64,000 nt of DNA from a virus. Of this stretch, positions 50,254 to 59,280 are shown one piece after another (the stretch's first letter is position 1; every line of letters starts with the position of its first letter). The stretch spans positions 48,020-112,019 of the IMG/VR virus record IMGVR_UViG_3300032334_001937; one strand, written 5' to 3'. Below the pieces are notes generated by a model, which ran no database searches, was not told the DNA's origin, and saw only the letters and a program-made list of their open reading frames with translations. The position numbers were made by a program, and so were the translations under genes.

Positions 50254-50435
50254 TGTATAACCTAACACTTGAAACTTTTGGTGGTACAGTAAAAACCATC
50301 GCCCTACCTTCTAAGGGTGCAGTTGCACAATTTATTTCAACTTACCCTGAAACTCTGCCAGTTGGCGTATCAGTAAAAATTGCATGTGACGCACTAGGCG
50401 TTCGTGGCACTCTTCGTGGAAAGGCTTCTCTCTAA
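50253..50435 (+). CDS. Hypothetical protein
   Basis: TAATG coupling; paralogue of 47967..48140. Confidence 0.65.
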   Translation: MYNLTLETFGGTVKTIALPSKGAVAQFISTYPETLPVGVSVKIACDALGVRGTLRGKASL

Positions 50436-50641
50436 TGGTACTTATTGAACACAATCTCCGTTTCGTTACAGAATTAGACGAAACAAATCCAATGGCTATT
50501 CGTTTGCTTAATCTTGAAAAAGAAATGCAGGTTGAAATGCTTGAAGGCTTGCTAAAAGAACTTCTTGCACCTATGATTCAGCCAGCAATTGACGAAGTTA
50601 ATGAAGGCAATTCATGGGCAACGCTAAGGGTGGCAAAATAA
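50435..50641 (+). CDS. Hypothetical protein
   Basis: TAATG coupling. Confidence 0.65.
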   Translation: MVLIEHNLRFVTELDETNPMAIRLLNLEKEMQVEMLEGLLKELLAPMIQPAIDEVNEGNSWATLRVAK

Positions 50642-50642
50642 A

Positions 50643-50819
50643 ATGATGACACGCAAAGACTATGTAAAGGTCGCTGATATTCTTGCAGGTTATCATGTTG
50701 CAATGATTGACAACTTTTGGTGGGAAGACTTGCTAAATGATTTTGCGCTGATGTTTGAAGAAGACAATCCAAATTTCAAACGTGAAAAATTTATTGAAGC
50801 CTGCGAAGCTGGAATGTAA
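50643..50819 (+). CDS. Small helical phage protein (MTRKDY...DNPNFxxExF type)
   Basis: Absent from the track (58 aa); homologous to the C-terminal half of 30941..31396. Confidence 0.7.
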   Translation: MMTRKDYVKVADILAGYHVAMIDNFWWEDLLNDFALMFEEDNPNFKREKFIEACEAGM

Positions 50820-50823
50820 AAAA

Positions 50824-50852
50824 GGATCCTGAGCATGATTTAAAACTGCTTG
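50824..50852 (+). ncRNA. H-type pseudoknot motif, copy 1
   Basis: GGATC-CTGAGCAT-GATTT-AAAAC-TGCTT. Confidence 0.65.
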
Positions 50853-51296
50853 AAGTTTCAACTAAAAACTCGGGGCGTTTTCCACAGGTTTATCCACAGG
50901 GTGATAAGTTATCCACATACCTTTACGTGTGATTAAAAACACACCCCAGATTCCCCAGATTTGGCGTTTAAGATTTGTATTTGTCACCCCCATAGTGTAG
51001 GATATTTATATCAAGTTAATTAAAGAAAGAAGGCTCCCATGACCGATGTATGTCTTGAGTGTAATGAAAATCCTGTAGATATAACTGAACTTTATTGCTT
51101 CCGTTGCTATCTTGACCGTGAAGTAGAAGCGATGATAGAATATGACTTGCTTGACCAACTATGGCTTACAGAGGAGGCTAAATAATATGGATTTCTACGA
51201 TGAATACTATGAGTCAGATATGATTCGCTCAGACGCTAAATCATGCTATTGCAAACTTCATTCAATCTGCACCAACTGTAAGGAGAGTTACAACTA

Positions 51297-51512
51297 ATGG
51301 AATATTTATACTCAGTATCTTGCACCTATGACGGAGACCGCTCACCTCACTGGGTTGGTCGCTATGATAATGCTATTGACGCAGTTAATTCATGGAATAA
51401 GTTTATTGACTGGGGCATGGCTAATGAATATGCAACTATCAATTTCTCAGAGCCTAATGGCAAAATGCACACCAAAATCTTTTATCGCAACGGAAATGTA
51501 GGGGGTAAGTAA
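51297..51512 (+). CDS. Hypothetical protein
   Basis: Homologous to the N-terminal half of 30941..31396. Confidence 0.7.
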   Translation: MEYLYSVSCTYDGDRSPHWVGRYDNAIDAVNSWNKFIDWGMANEYATINFSEPNGKMHTKIFYRNGNVGGK

Positions 51513-51653
51513 TGCCAGTATTTCAATTTACCACTTTCATAGATATAAAGGCTAAAGACTATGACTCAGCAATAGAAGCGTTTGACAATAACTTAAAATA
51601 TGGAAATATTAATCGCAGCGATGTATATGTCGCAGATATAGAGGAGAAATAAT

Positions 51654-51989
51654 ATGGGTTCAGTTACAGCACTAGGAATTCAGGATTCAGTTCTTGACTT
51701 GGAGACTCAGATTCTCTATCACCTTAAAGGTAATCACTATCCACCTGTCCCCGCAGAAATGGTGAAGCCTTGCATTGACGCTATTGACGCATACTATGAA
51801 GAAGATTTTGACCGCATGATTGGCATGCCAAAGGTTGGAGATTTTCAGATTCTCTACAAGGGTCAAACTTGGGCGCCTGCACACGCAGTTGTAGAGCAAC
51901 ACCACCTTCACACTTTCATTGAACCTGTAGATGACTGGCAAGATGGTTCAGATGACTTCCCACTCTCGCTAGAATATGATGAGGAGTGA
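51654..51989 (+). CDS. Hypothetical protein
   Basis: HLKGNHYPPVP motif; GAGGAG RBS. Confidence 0.7.
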   Translation: MGSVTALGIQDSVLDLETQILYHLKGNHYPPVPAEMVKPCIDAIDAYYEEDFDRMIGMPKVGDFQILYKGQTWAPAHAVVEQHHLHTFIEPVDDWQDGSDDFPLSLEYDEE

Positions 51990-51992
51990 TAA

Positions 51993-52235
51993 ATGACTGC
52001 TACAATGAAAACCATGGAACTAGTATGGGCTGATAAATTAACACCAGGGTCGTTGATGGTTGATGATCTAATCAAGGTTGATGGCGAGCTGTATGAAATA
52101 CTCAGCATTGATTCTGATTCAACAGGTGATAATTATTTTATTGATTGCGTTGATGTGTATGGTGAACGTGACACAATAACAATTGCACATGATGTTTATG
52201 TTGATTTATATGTATACATAGACGCAGAAGAATAA
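51993..52235 (+). CDS. Hypothetical protein (SH3-like, beta-rich)
   Basis: GAGGAG RBS; L.VDDLIKVDG pattern. Confidence 0.65.
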   Translation: MTATMKTMELVWADKLTPGSLMVDDLIKVDGELYEILSIDSDSTGDNYFIDCVDVYGERDTITIAHDVYVDLYVYIDAEE

Positions 52236-52316
52236 AAAACGGCTCGGGGCAAAATGTCCAATTTGTCCAATTAAGATGAGCTTGCATTTTTCCCACATTT
52301 TTGCTAAAATTATTAT

Positions 52317-52457
52317 ATGAAAAAGACACCTGAAGAGTTACGTAAACTTATGGAATTACGTCGTTCTAATGCAGCGTCTGCGATCCCAAATAAAAAAAAG
52401 TACAATAGGAAAAAATGTCAGTCCCTATTGCTACAATTAAAGAAAGAAAGCGAGTAA
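52317..52457 (+). CDS. Small basic protein (LRRSNAA...KKKYNRK)
   Basis: Leaderless start 6 nt after TGCTAAAAT; 46 aa. Confidence 0.55.
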   Translation: MKKTPEELRKLMELRRSNAASAIPNKKKYNRKKCQSLLLQLKKESE

Positions 52458-52463
52458 CCCACC

Positions 52464-53186
52464 ATGTCAAAATTACTTCGTTCAAAAGATAGGAAAGTAG
52501 CAAATGCCGTCACACCTAATGGAAAACAAGCAAGTATCGCTAACACATTCGGCTTACCCGCAGGGAAAGCTTACTCATGTCCTGGAGCGACTAGCGTATG
52601 CGAAAGTGTTTGCTATGCTGGCAAGTTGGAAAAAGTATTCCCAACTGTAAAGGTTAATCTACTTCATAACTGGGAACTATTGCGTAATGCAGACTTAGAA
52701 ACTATGGCTAATCTACTGGATGAAATGATTTCAGACTTTAGAAAAGATTGCGAAAAGCGTAATGCTAAAATGCTATTCCGCATTCACTGGGATGGCGATT
52801 TCTTTAGCGATACTTATGCCTATGCATGGAAAGCCGTAATCATGCTTAATCCAGATATTCAATTCTGGGTATACACCCGTGTGAAGTCTGCAGTACTTAT
52901 CCTTAAGGACATTGCTAATCTATCTTTATATTATTCTACAGATAGCGAAAATAAAGATGAGGGCATTGCACTTAAAAAAGATCATGGAGTATCCCTTGCA
53001 TACCTTGCCAAAAATTTTGCAATAGGACAAGCAGACATGAAAGAGCTTATAGGAAAACCTGGGGCTAAATGCCCTGAGAATAAAAAGGCTATTCCACTTA
53101 TCTCACAGCAAGGGTCTGCCTGCGCTAGTTGCAAGTTGTGTATTTATGAGAAATCTGATATAGTGTTTAGCGCAACCAAAAAGTGA
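52464..53186 (+). CDS. Gp88-like Cys-rich protein
   Basis: FGLPAG..SCPGAT..C...CYA, FRIHWDGDFF, WVYTR and C-terminal CP...CASCKLC. Confidence 0.75.
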   Translation: MSKLLRSKDRKVANAVTPNGKQASIANTFGLPAGKAYSCPGATSVCESVCYAGKLEKVFPTVKVNLLHNWELLRNADLETMANLLDEMISDFRKDCEKRNAKMLFRIHWDGDFFSDTYAYAWKAVIMLNPDIQFWVYTRVKSAVLILKDIANLSLYYSTDSENKDEGIALKKDHGVSLAYLAKNFAIGQADMKELIGKPGAKCPENKKAIPLISQQGSACASCKLCIYEKSDIVFSATKK

Positions 53187-53382
53187 GGGGAACTATGATT
53201 AGCCTAATTATCCTATCAGTAACTATCCTATTCTTTATCCTATTAGGGGCAGGGCTAGGGCACAAGTGATGTATATCACACAGAAAATGTCTCAAAATAT
53301 GAGATTATTTGCAGAGCGATTTGTATTTCTAAGATTTTTCAGATATACTAGAAATATCAACAACTACAGAAAAGGAAACAAA

Positions 53383-53544
53383 ATGACAGTAGCAACAGCA
53401 ACATACAAGGTCGGCGACCTCTTTACAACACAGAAGTCAAAGGTCACAGGGCAGATTCTTGAAATCAAGCCAACAGACAAGAACACAGTTCGTGTGAAGT
53501 TAGATGTAAATGGCAACACACGCTGGACAACTTGGAAGGCGTAA
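53383..53544 (+). CDS. Hypothetical protein
   Basis: MTVATATY start after an AGAAAAGGA RBS. Confidence 0.65.
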   Translation: MTVATATYKVGDLFTTQKSKVTGQILEIKPTDKNTVRVKLDVNGNTRWTTWKA

Positions 53545-53593
53545 GCCTTTCATAGTCGCTAATGTACAGCGACTCTAAATAAGTGGCAGGAAC

Positions 53594-53621
53594 TATCCTG
53601 AGCAAGATACAAAAAGGCTCA
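53594..53621 (+). ncRNA. H-type pseudoknot motif, copy 2
   Basis: TATC-CTGAGCAA-GATA-CAAAAAG-GCTCA. Confidence 0.6.
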
Positions 53622-53681
53622 CTTTAATGTCAGTACCACCCCCTATACTAGAAATATAACCTACAAAAGAAAAGGAACACC

Positions 53682-54104
53682 ATGTCAAGAAGCAAAGCAA
53701 TCTCAGTTAAAATCGCAACACCAAAGGTAATCAAGGCACTAGAAGATGCACTCTCAAAGTTGGAAAAAGACTATGCAGAGAAAGAAGCCAACGAAGCAAA
53801 GTATCAGAAGGCTTATGATAAGTATCGCAAGGAAATTGCTGACTATGCAATCGCAAACATCAAGAAGGCAGAAAACCTACGCACCAACTATCGTTCATGG
53901 AATAATAGCCTGAACATTGACTTTGACCTCACAGTATCAAAGGATTCACTTCCTACTGAACCTGACCGTGACTTCACAACTATGAGCGACCATGAATATC
54001 GTAGTCAGAAGGAAGAAATGTCAAACGCAATTCGTATCCTCAAAATGACAGATGAAGAAGTAGTTTCTACATCAACTTATCAAGCGGTTGCTCGTTATCT
54101 CTAA
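53682..54104 (+). CDS. Hypothetical coiled-coil protein
   Basis: Promoter and RBS; 140 aa. Confidence 0.75.
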   Translation: MSRSKAISVKIATPKVIKALEDALSKLEKDYAEKEANEAKYQKAYDKYRKEIADYAIANIKKAENLRTNYRSWNNSLNIDFDLTVSKDSLPTEPDRDFTTMSDHEYRSQKEEMSNAIRILKMTDEEVVSTSTYQAVARYL

Positions 54105-54182
54105 ATGAGGTTGGGTGGGGTGTAAAAGCCCCACTCCAATTCGCCAGGCTGATTAGGGCGATCATAGAAATACTATAGAGCA

Positions 54183-54237
54183 AGGTTACTGCCGACCTAA
54201 AGACGCAGACCACCTGAGCAAGTGCCAAAACTGCTCA
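54183..54237 (+). ncRNA. Tandem pseudoknots: a ToxI-like knot plus motif copy 3
   Basis: AGGTT-ACTGCC-GACCT-AAAGAC-GCAG, then CAC-CTGAGCAA-GTG-CCAAAAC-TGCTCA. Confidence 0.6.
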
Positions 54238-54401
54238 CCAATATTTATTCAAGTGACCGCATAAATATGCGCCCCGAGCTGTGTGATTTTTCTCACATGC
54301 ATTAAGTCTCATTATTTAAGATTCCTGGGTTTACGTATTGCACTTGTCAGGGCCCGCTGCTAGACTTATATTAATAACAAACAAAAGAAAGCAGGCCCCT
54401 C

Positions 54402-54839
54402 ATGGACGCAGTACAGGTAGCAACAACAGAGTTTCTTAACGCACAGATTGCAGCATTACAGGAAGCGCTAGAGAAGAAGGATGCGATGATTATCTCATTG
54501 CAGGACCGCTCTTCAGATAATTCTCAACGACTATATTCAGAACAGCGTTCACACCAAAGCACCAAGGACGCAGTAAAAGAATATGTTCTTGAATCTCTTA
54601 AGGACAATTCAATGTCTCATGACATTGCAGAAGCACTTGCACAGATTTGTGACTTTGAATTAACTAAGACTGTTACCGTTAATGCAGTTGTAGAGTTTGA
54701 AGTTGAGATTGAAGTAGCGTTTGATGTTGACGCAGATGATGTTGCTAACACTCTTGAATTCAGTGTTGATTCATTTGATTATTCAATTGATGACTACAAC
54801 GTTGACACACGTCAATTAAATGCAGAGGATAATATTTAG
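54402..54839 (+). CDS. Hypothetical protein (coiled coil plus acidic beta domain)
   Basis: Promoter upstream; 145 aa. Confidence 0.75.
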   Translation: MDAVQVATTEFLNAQIAALQEALEKKDAMIISLQDRSSDNSQRLYSEQRSHQSTKDAVKEYVLESLKDNSMSHDIAEALAQICDFELTKTVTVNAVVEFEVEIEVAFDVDADDVANTLEFSVDSFDYSIDDYNVDTRQLNAEDNI

Positions 54840-54885
54840 TAGGGGGCTACTAATAGACATGCCGAATGTCTTTAAACTAGGTAAG

Positions 54886-54978
54886 GGCCCTGAGCACGGC
54901 CACGTAAACTGCTCCACTAGAGGTAATGCCAGTGCTATAGCGAGGCATCCGTTCCTGAACATGAATTTAAACTGTTCA
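54886..54978 (+). ncRNA. H-type pseudoknot motif, copies 4 and 5
   Basis: GGCC-CTGAGCAC-GGCC-ACGTAAAC-TGCTC and GTTC-CTGAACAT-GAAT-TTAAAC-TGTTCA. Confidence 0.65.
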
Positions 54979-55147
54979 CTTTTTATTGCAAAAATCTCGG
55001 GGGGCAAAACTTTCATTTGTCAAGTTTAAGAAGGGTGTTTAAGATCACAGGGAAAATGTCCAATTTGTACACATCTAACTATCCTGATTTGCATATGTCA
55101 CCCCGTCCTGCTATACTTAAATTTCAACAACAGAAAGAAGAAAACTC

Positions 55148-56170
55148 ATGGCACATGACCTAGAAATACAAAATGGAAAAACATCGTTCGCATCATTTCG
55201 TGAACCTGCATGGCATGGATTGGGTACCGTATTCACAGAAGAAAAGACAACCGCAGAAATGCTATCATTAGCAAATCTTGACGGTTGGAATGTTCGTCTT
55301 GAGGATTTGGAAACCCCATCACACCTAACAAGCGACAAGGCGTATCAGTACGTCTTGCGTACTAACCCTACAGATAATTCTCAGACAGACATTCTTGGTG
55401 TCGTTGGTGAGCGTTATCACGTAATGCAGAATGAAGATTTATTCTCATTTGGTGACAATATTCTTGACGGTGGTGGACGTTGGGAAACCGCTGGCTCAAT
55501 CAAGGGTGGACGTGTTGTGTTCGGTGCATTAGCACTAGAGCGTGAGACAGTCCTAGACCCTAGCGGTGTTGCAGATAAGGTAAAGACTTATTTACTTATC
55601 AACACATCACACGATGGCTCAATCGCTATTCAAGCAAGTATCACACCTGTTCGTGTTGTATGCGCTAACACTCTTAACCTTGCTCTTGGTGGCGTAGGTC
55701 GCAAGAAGAACAAGGGTATCAAGCAATCTTTCAAGATTCGCCACACTCAGACCGCTAATGGTAAAGTACAGATTGCACGTGAGACTCTTGGTCTTGCTAA
55801 TGCTTACATGGACGAATTTGATATCATGGCTAAGGCTATGTTTGAGAAAGAAGTCAATGCTAAGTCTTTCAATGATATTATTCTCGCTGCTTATCCTAAG
55901 CCAGAAAAAGACGCTAAGGGTGCAATCAAGAAGTGGGAAAATAAAATTGACATGGTAAATGATATTTACACAGGTGAATTTAACGGCATGATTGCTGGTA
56001 ACGCTTGGGGTGCTTTCAATGCACTTACAGAACGCCTTGATTGGTACCGCACAGCAAGAGGTGGTTCTAACGAATCTATCCTTGCAAGTGCAAGCGGATT
56101 TGACCCTGCAATTAACGCAGAGAAGAATCGTTTGCTTAAAGTTGTGCAGAATGTTATGCAACTAGCATGA
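55148..56170 (+). CDS. DUF932/DUF945 (LGT_TIGR03299-like) protein
   Basis: PAWHGLG, ETAGSIKGGRVVF, SHDGS, TPVRVVCANTL, RHT, WGAFNALTE motifs. Confidence 0.88.
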   Translation: MAHDLEIQNGKTSFASFREPAWHGLGTVFTEEKTTAEMLSLANLDGWNVRLEDLETPSHLTSDKAYQYVLRTNPTDNSQTDILGVVGERYHVMQNEDLFSFGDNILDGGGRWETAGSIKGGRVVFGALALERETVLDPSGVADKVKTYLLINTSHDGSIAIQASITPVRVVCANTLNLALGGVGRKKNKGIKQSFKIRHTQTANGKVQIARETLGLANAYMDEFDIMAKAMFEKEVNAKSFNDIILAAYPKPEKDAKGAIKKWENKIDMVNDIYTGEFNGMIAGNAWGAFNALTERLDWYRTARGGSNESILASASGFDPAINAEKNRLLKVVQNVMQLA

Positions 56171-56174
56171 TACA

Positions 56175-56202
56175 ATTTCCTGAGCATGAAATAAAACTGC
56201 TC
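56175..56202 (+). ncRNA. H-type pseudoknot motif, copy 6
   Basis: ATTTC-CTGAGCAT-GAAAT-AAAAC-TGCTC, ending 3 nt before the tRNA. Confidence 0.65.
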
Positions 56203-56205
56203 TCT

Positions 56206-56279
56206 GGTCTGTTAGCTCAGTTGGTTAGAGCGCTACCCTGTCACGGTAGAGGTCGTGGGTTCAAGTCCCATACAGATCG
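56206..56279 (+). tRNA. tRNA-Asp (GTC)
   Basis: Cloverleaf: GGTCTGT/ACAGATC acceptor, CTACC-CTGTCAC-GGTAG anticodon arm, GTTCAAGTC T-loop; CCA not encoded. Confidence 0.93.
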
Positions 56280-56822
56280 CAAGCGTAAATGGGGCCCCGA
56301 GAAAATTTGGACATTTGGGACATTTAACTAATTGTATTAATATAAAAACCTTATTAAGAAAGACTTGACTTTTTCCCTGAAATTTGCAATAATTAATACA
56401 TGACCACAACATACAAACCATATACCATACACGAACTCGTAGAGGAAATCTATGAGGACAACTTCTCTCACTTTGATTTCATGGAAAACATGAACGGTGG
56501 GGATTGCGATTGTAATCTACATAATGCCATGAACCTTATTGTCAAGTATTGGGGAGAGTAATGCTAGGATATACCATAGAAGATATTAACAAAATACAAG
56601 AGTGTCTTAGTTTACTTAGCAAGGCTGATGGCATACCACAAGACCTTTGTGATGGATTAGAAATGGCTAACTCATTCTTTGATGGACTATGGGCAGAAGG
56701 GTACTTTGACTAATGCATAAACATCATTGGTTATCTTCAGATGTACCAGGGGTATATACCTGTACATTTAATTGTGGGTTTGGATATTGGAATCCTAAGA
56801 CAGAACAAATAGAGGAACAATA

Positions 56823-57065
56823 ATGTGGACTAAGTATGATTATGTTTGTACTAACTGTGATGCTTTGATTGAGATTACCGCCCAGGTTTACCCTGCCCTG
56901 GACCCTGACTGTATCTGTGGAAATAGCATGATTATTAGTATTGGTACATCCCCTGGCAATGCCCCGATCATAACGGATGTGAGCAAAGTCACACCCTCAA
57001 ATGTTGTAAAAATCAACACCAACCCCTATACTGGTATAAAGGAGAAAACAAATGCCAACATATGA
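56823..57065 (+). CDS. Small zinc-ribbon protein
   Basis: YDYVCTNC...CIC. Confidence 0.6.
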   Translation: MWTKYDYVCTNCDALIEITAQVYPALDPDCICGNSMIISIGTSPGNAPIITDVSKVTPSNVVKINTNPYTGIKEKTNANI

Positions 57066-57243
57066 TGTAACAGTAATCGTAGAATATAACTATGAAGTAG
57101 AAGCAGACAATGAGGTTGAGGCTGAAGAGCAAGGCTGGCACTATGAGGATTATCCGTTCTCTGGTGAAGTCTATTCTATTGAAGTAGAAGAGCAACCTGT
57201 AGGTGAGGAATATGATGAGGACGAAGATGAATCCACTGATTGA
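57052..57243 (+). CDS. Small acidic protein
   Basis: AAGGAG RBS; VEADNEVEAEE. Confidence 0.65.
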   Translation: MPTYDVTVIVEYNYEVEADNEVEAEEQGWHYEDYPFSGEVYSIEVEEQPVGEEYDEDEDESTD

Positions 57244-57436
57244 GTATATGCAGTTACATGAGATTAGTTTATGTCAAGACGCAGAAAAACTTCAAAAGCT
57301 CATGGATGAATTTCCAGGTGGTGATTTAGATTCAGATGAATATAGAGAACTAGAAATGGAAGACATTATTAATACTGGCGAACTTAGGGCTACCCGCCAC
57401 CTTTTGTCAGTGGCATACGATATGGTTAACTCATGA
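57227..57436 (+). CDS. Hypothetical protein
   Basis: Overlapping operon gene. Confidence 0.6.
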   Translation: MNPLIEYMQLHEISLCQDAEKLQKLMDEFPGGDLDSDEYRELEMEDIINTGELRATRHLLSVAYDMVNS

Positions 57437-57699
57437 ATGAATCAATCACACTAGACCCATACCTACAACGCATGGTAGACGCAGGCATGGACGGTGCAGA
57501 TATAATGCACGGTCATCTTAAAACTCTCATGGTAGAGGCTGAACAACAACTAACTCTTGCTCAAGAAGCAGAGGATGAATCAGAAGAAGCAATGGACTCT
57601 ATGGAACGTAGATACTGGGAAGGTGTATGCGAAGCCTATGGAGAACTATATAGTTTAACTTATGCCATAGCGTTTGCTAAGGATAAGGTTAAGTCTTGA
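57433..57699 (+). CDS. Hypothetical protein
   Basis: ATGA coupling; ERRYWEG motif. Confidence 0.65.
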   Translation: MNESITLDPYLQRMVDAGMDGADIMHGHLKTLMVEAEQQLTLAQEAEDESEEAMDSMERRYWEGVCEAYGELYSLTYAIAFAKDKVKS

Positions 57700-57755
57700 C
57701 AGTACCCTGCATTTTTGCTACAATTATATAAACCACCTAGTAGAAAGTAATCACC

Positions 57756-58475
57756 ATGCCAAATTGGGTATATAACGGTTTGACCATTGAGGGCAAGCCT
57801 GAATCAGTCAAGGCTCTCATCAAACAACTTAATCAACCATTCAAAATGGTTCATGACAACTGGAACATGGAAACCATGCAACAGGAAAAGAAACTAACTA
57901 CTTATCCTAATCCTGTCTTTGCTTTCTGGAACATAATTAAACCAACAGACATGGAAGCATATTGGGCTGAACCAGCAAAGCGTGAGGCTGGCCCAATCAC
58001 TTTTGATTCAGACCATTGGTATGACTGGAATATCCGTAACTGGGGTACTAAATGGGATGTGGCTATCCATGAGAACGAACAGTATAGTGATACATCTATG
58101 GAAGATTCTCCTAATGGCGAGAACCATGTAGTTCATTACAACTTCAATACCGCTTGGTCTAGGCCATTGCCTGCACTGTTTAAGTTATCTGAACAGTACC
58201 CTGAATTATTATTTACTCACTCATATCAGGAAGAAACAGGTTGGGGTGGGGAAATGGAAATCCTGCGTGGAGAAATCATTTCTGAGTCTGAGTATGATTC
58301 TCAATGCCGTGACTGTGATGCAACAGACTGCATGGAGTATTGCGAGAATGGCTGTGGTGAGATTTGTTCTGTATGTCATTGGCTAGGAGAAGCAGACCTA
58401 GAGGATGTTGCAGAATGTGATGACCACAAGATATACTTAGAGACCAAAGTTCCTGAATACAGAAAGGTAACATAA
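57756..58475 (+). CDS. DUF1281/Api92-like ferredoxin-fold protein
   Basis: MPNWVYN, WYDWNIRNWGTKWD, FNTAWS motifs; Cys-rich tail. Confidence 0.75.
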   Translation: MPNWVYNGLTIEGKPESVKALIKQLNQPFKMVHDNWNMETMQQEKKLTTYPNPVFAFWNIIKPTDMEAYWAEPAKREAGPITFDSDHWYDWNIRNWGTKWDVAIHENEQYSDTSMEDSPNGENHVVHYNFNTAWSRPLPALFKLSEQYPELLFTHSYQEETGWGGEMEILRGEIISESEYDSQCRDCDATDCMEYCENGCGEICSVCHWLGEADLEDVAECDDHKIYLETKVPEYRKVT

Positions 58476-58765
58476 TGAAGCCAGATGACAAAGATAAACT
58501 AAATAAATGTCTAGAGATTCTTGACACCACGGACCTTGGCCTATCTATGGTTTGGCTATGGACTTGGAGTTCAATTGACAACATTCTGCAGGACGAATCA
58601 TGGAATGCAAAGGTAACCCTAGATGACATGTGGGACCACCTAACAAAGGCTGTAGAAAGCGGTAAAACATTTACACTGGAGTATGGCGCTGATGTACATC
58701 AAGATGATGTGCTTGAGTGGATGTTAGATAACGAATGGATCCATGACTCATCGGAGGAAGAATGA
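58475..58765 (+). CDS. Hypothetical protein
   Basis: TAATG coupling. Confidence 0.65.
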   Translation: MKPDDKDKLNKCLEILDTTDLGLSMVWLWTWSSIDNILQDESWNAKVTLDDMWDHLTKAVESGKTFTLEYGADVHQDDVLEWMLDNEWIHDSSEEE

Positions 58766-58829
58766 ACTGGACACAGTTAACGTTATTTGATATCATTGTA
58801 ATAAACCACACAGAAGAGGAGCAAGAATA

Positions 58830-59198
58830 ATGGGAGCACGTATTAATTTTGTATTCAAAGACCATCTAGAGGGCCCTAGCGTAGTATTGTATTCACACTG
58901 GGGCCAGGATTCATGGCAGCCTGACCTGGCAGAGGCTCTACAGCATGCACGTCCTAGATGGGATGACGCCTCATATGGCACACGTATGATTATTAGTTAT
59001 CTTATTCAGCATAACATCCTGGATGAAACAGGGTTTGGTATTTATGCTATTGATGGCAATGGGTCCTACGACCTAGGTGAGCAGACAGTGGTAGTTGATT
59101 TCCCTGACAAAACTATTACTGATATTCATCCCGTGGAATTTGAAGCATTCATTAATGCATATGGACCAAAGCTTTTCGCTGAGCAAGTGATAGGGTAG
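58830..59198 (+). CDS. Hypothetical phage protein
   Basis: MGAR...LYSHWG...ARPRWDDASY; GAGGAG RBS. Confidence 0.7.
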   Translation: MGARINFVFKDHLEGPSVVLYSHWGQDSWQPDLAEALQHARPRWDDASYGTRMIISYLIQHNILDETGFGIYAIDGNGSYDLGEQTVVVDFPDKTITDIHPVEFEAFINAYGPKLFAEQVIG

Positions 59199-59280
59199 GG
59201 TCACCCTGTCCATATAATGAGACGGGGTAGGTTTGTGGTGGGCTTGCCCCGTCTCTCACTTTTTGATAGAATGGAATACT

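Larger units (their letters stand above)
48999..50917. promoter_or_regulatory. Three clusters of DnaA boxes
   Basis: TTATCCACA at 48999, 49041, 50890, 50909; TGTGGATAA at 49811; TTTTCCACA at 49799 and 50878. Confidence 0.75.

Noticed and set aside
55619-56161. 180-aa minus-strand ORF
   Set aside because: Antisense to the well-supported DUF932 gene.
50824-56202. CTGAG...AAAC motif read as a hammerhead ribozyme
   Set aside because: Lacks the CUGANGA/GAAA core and three-stem junction; the pairing fits an H-type pseudoknot.
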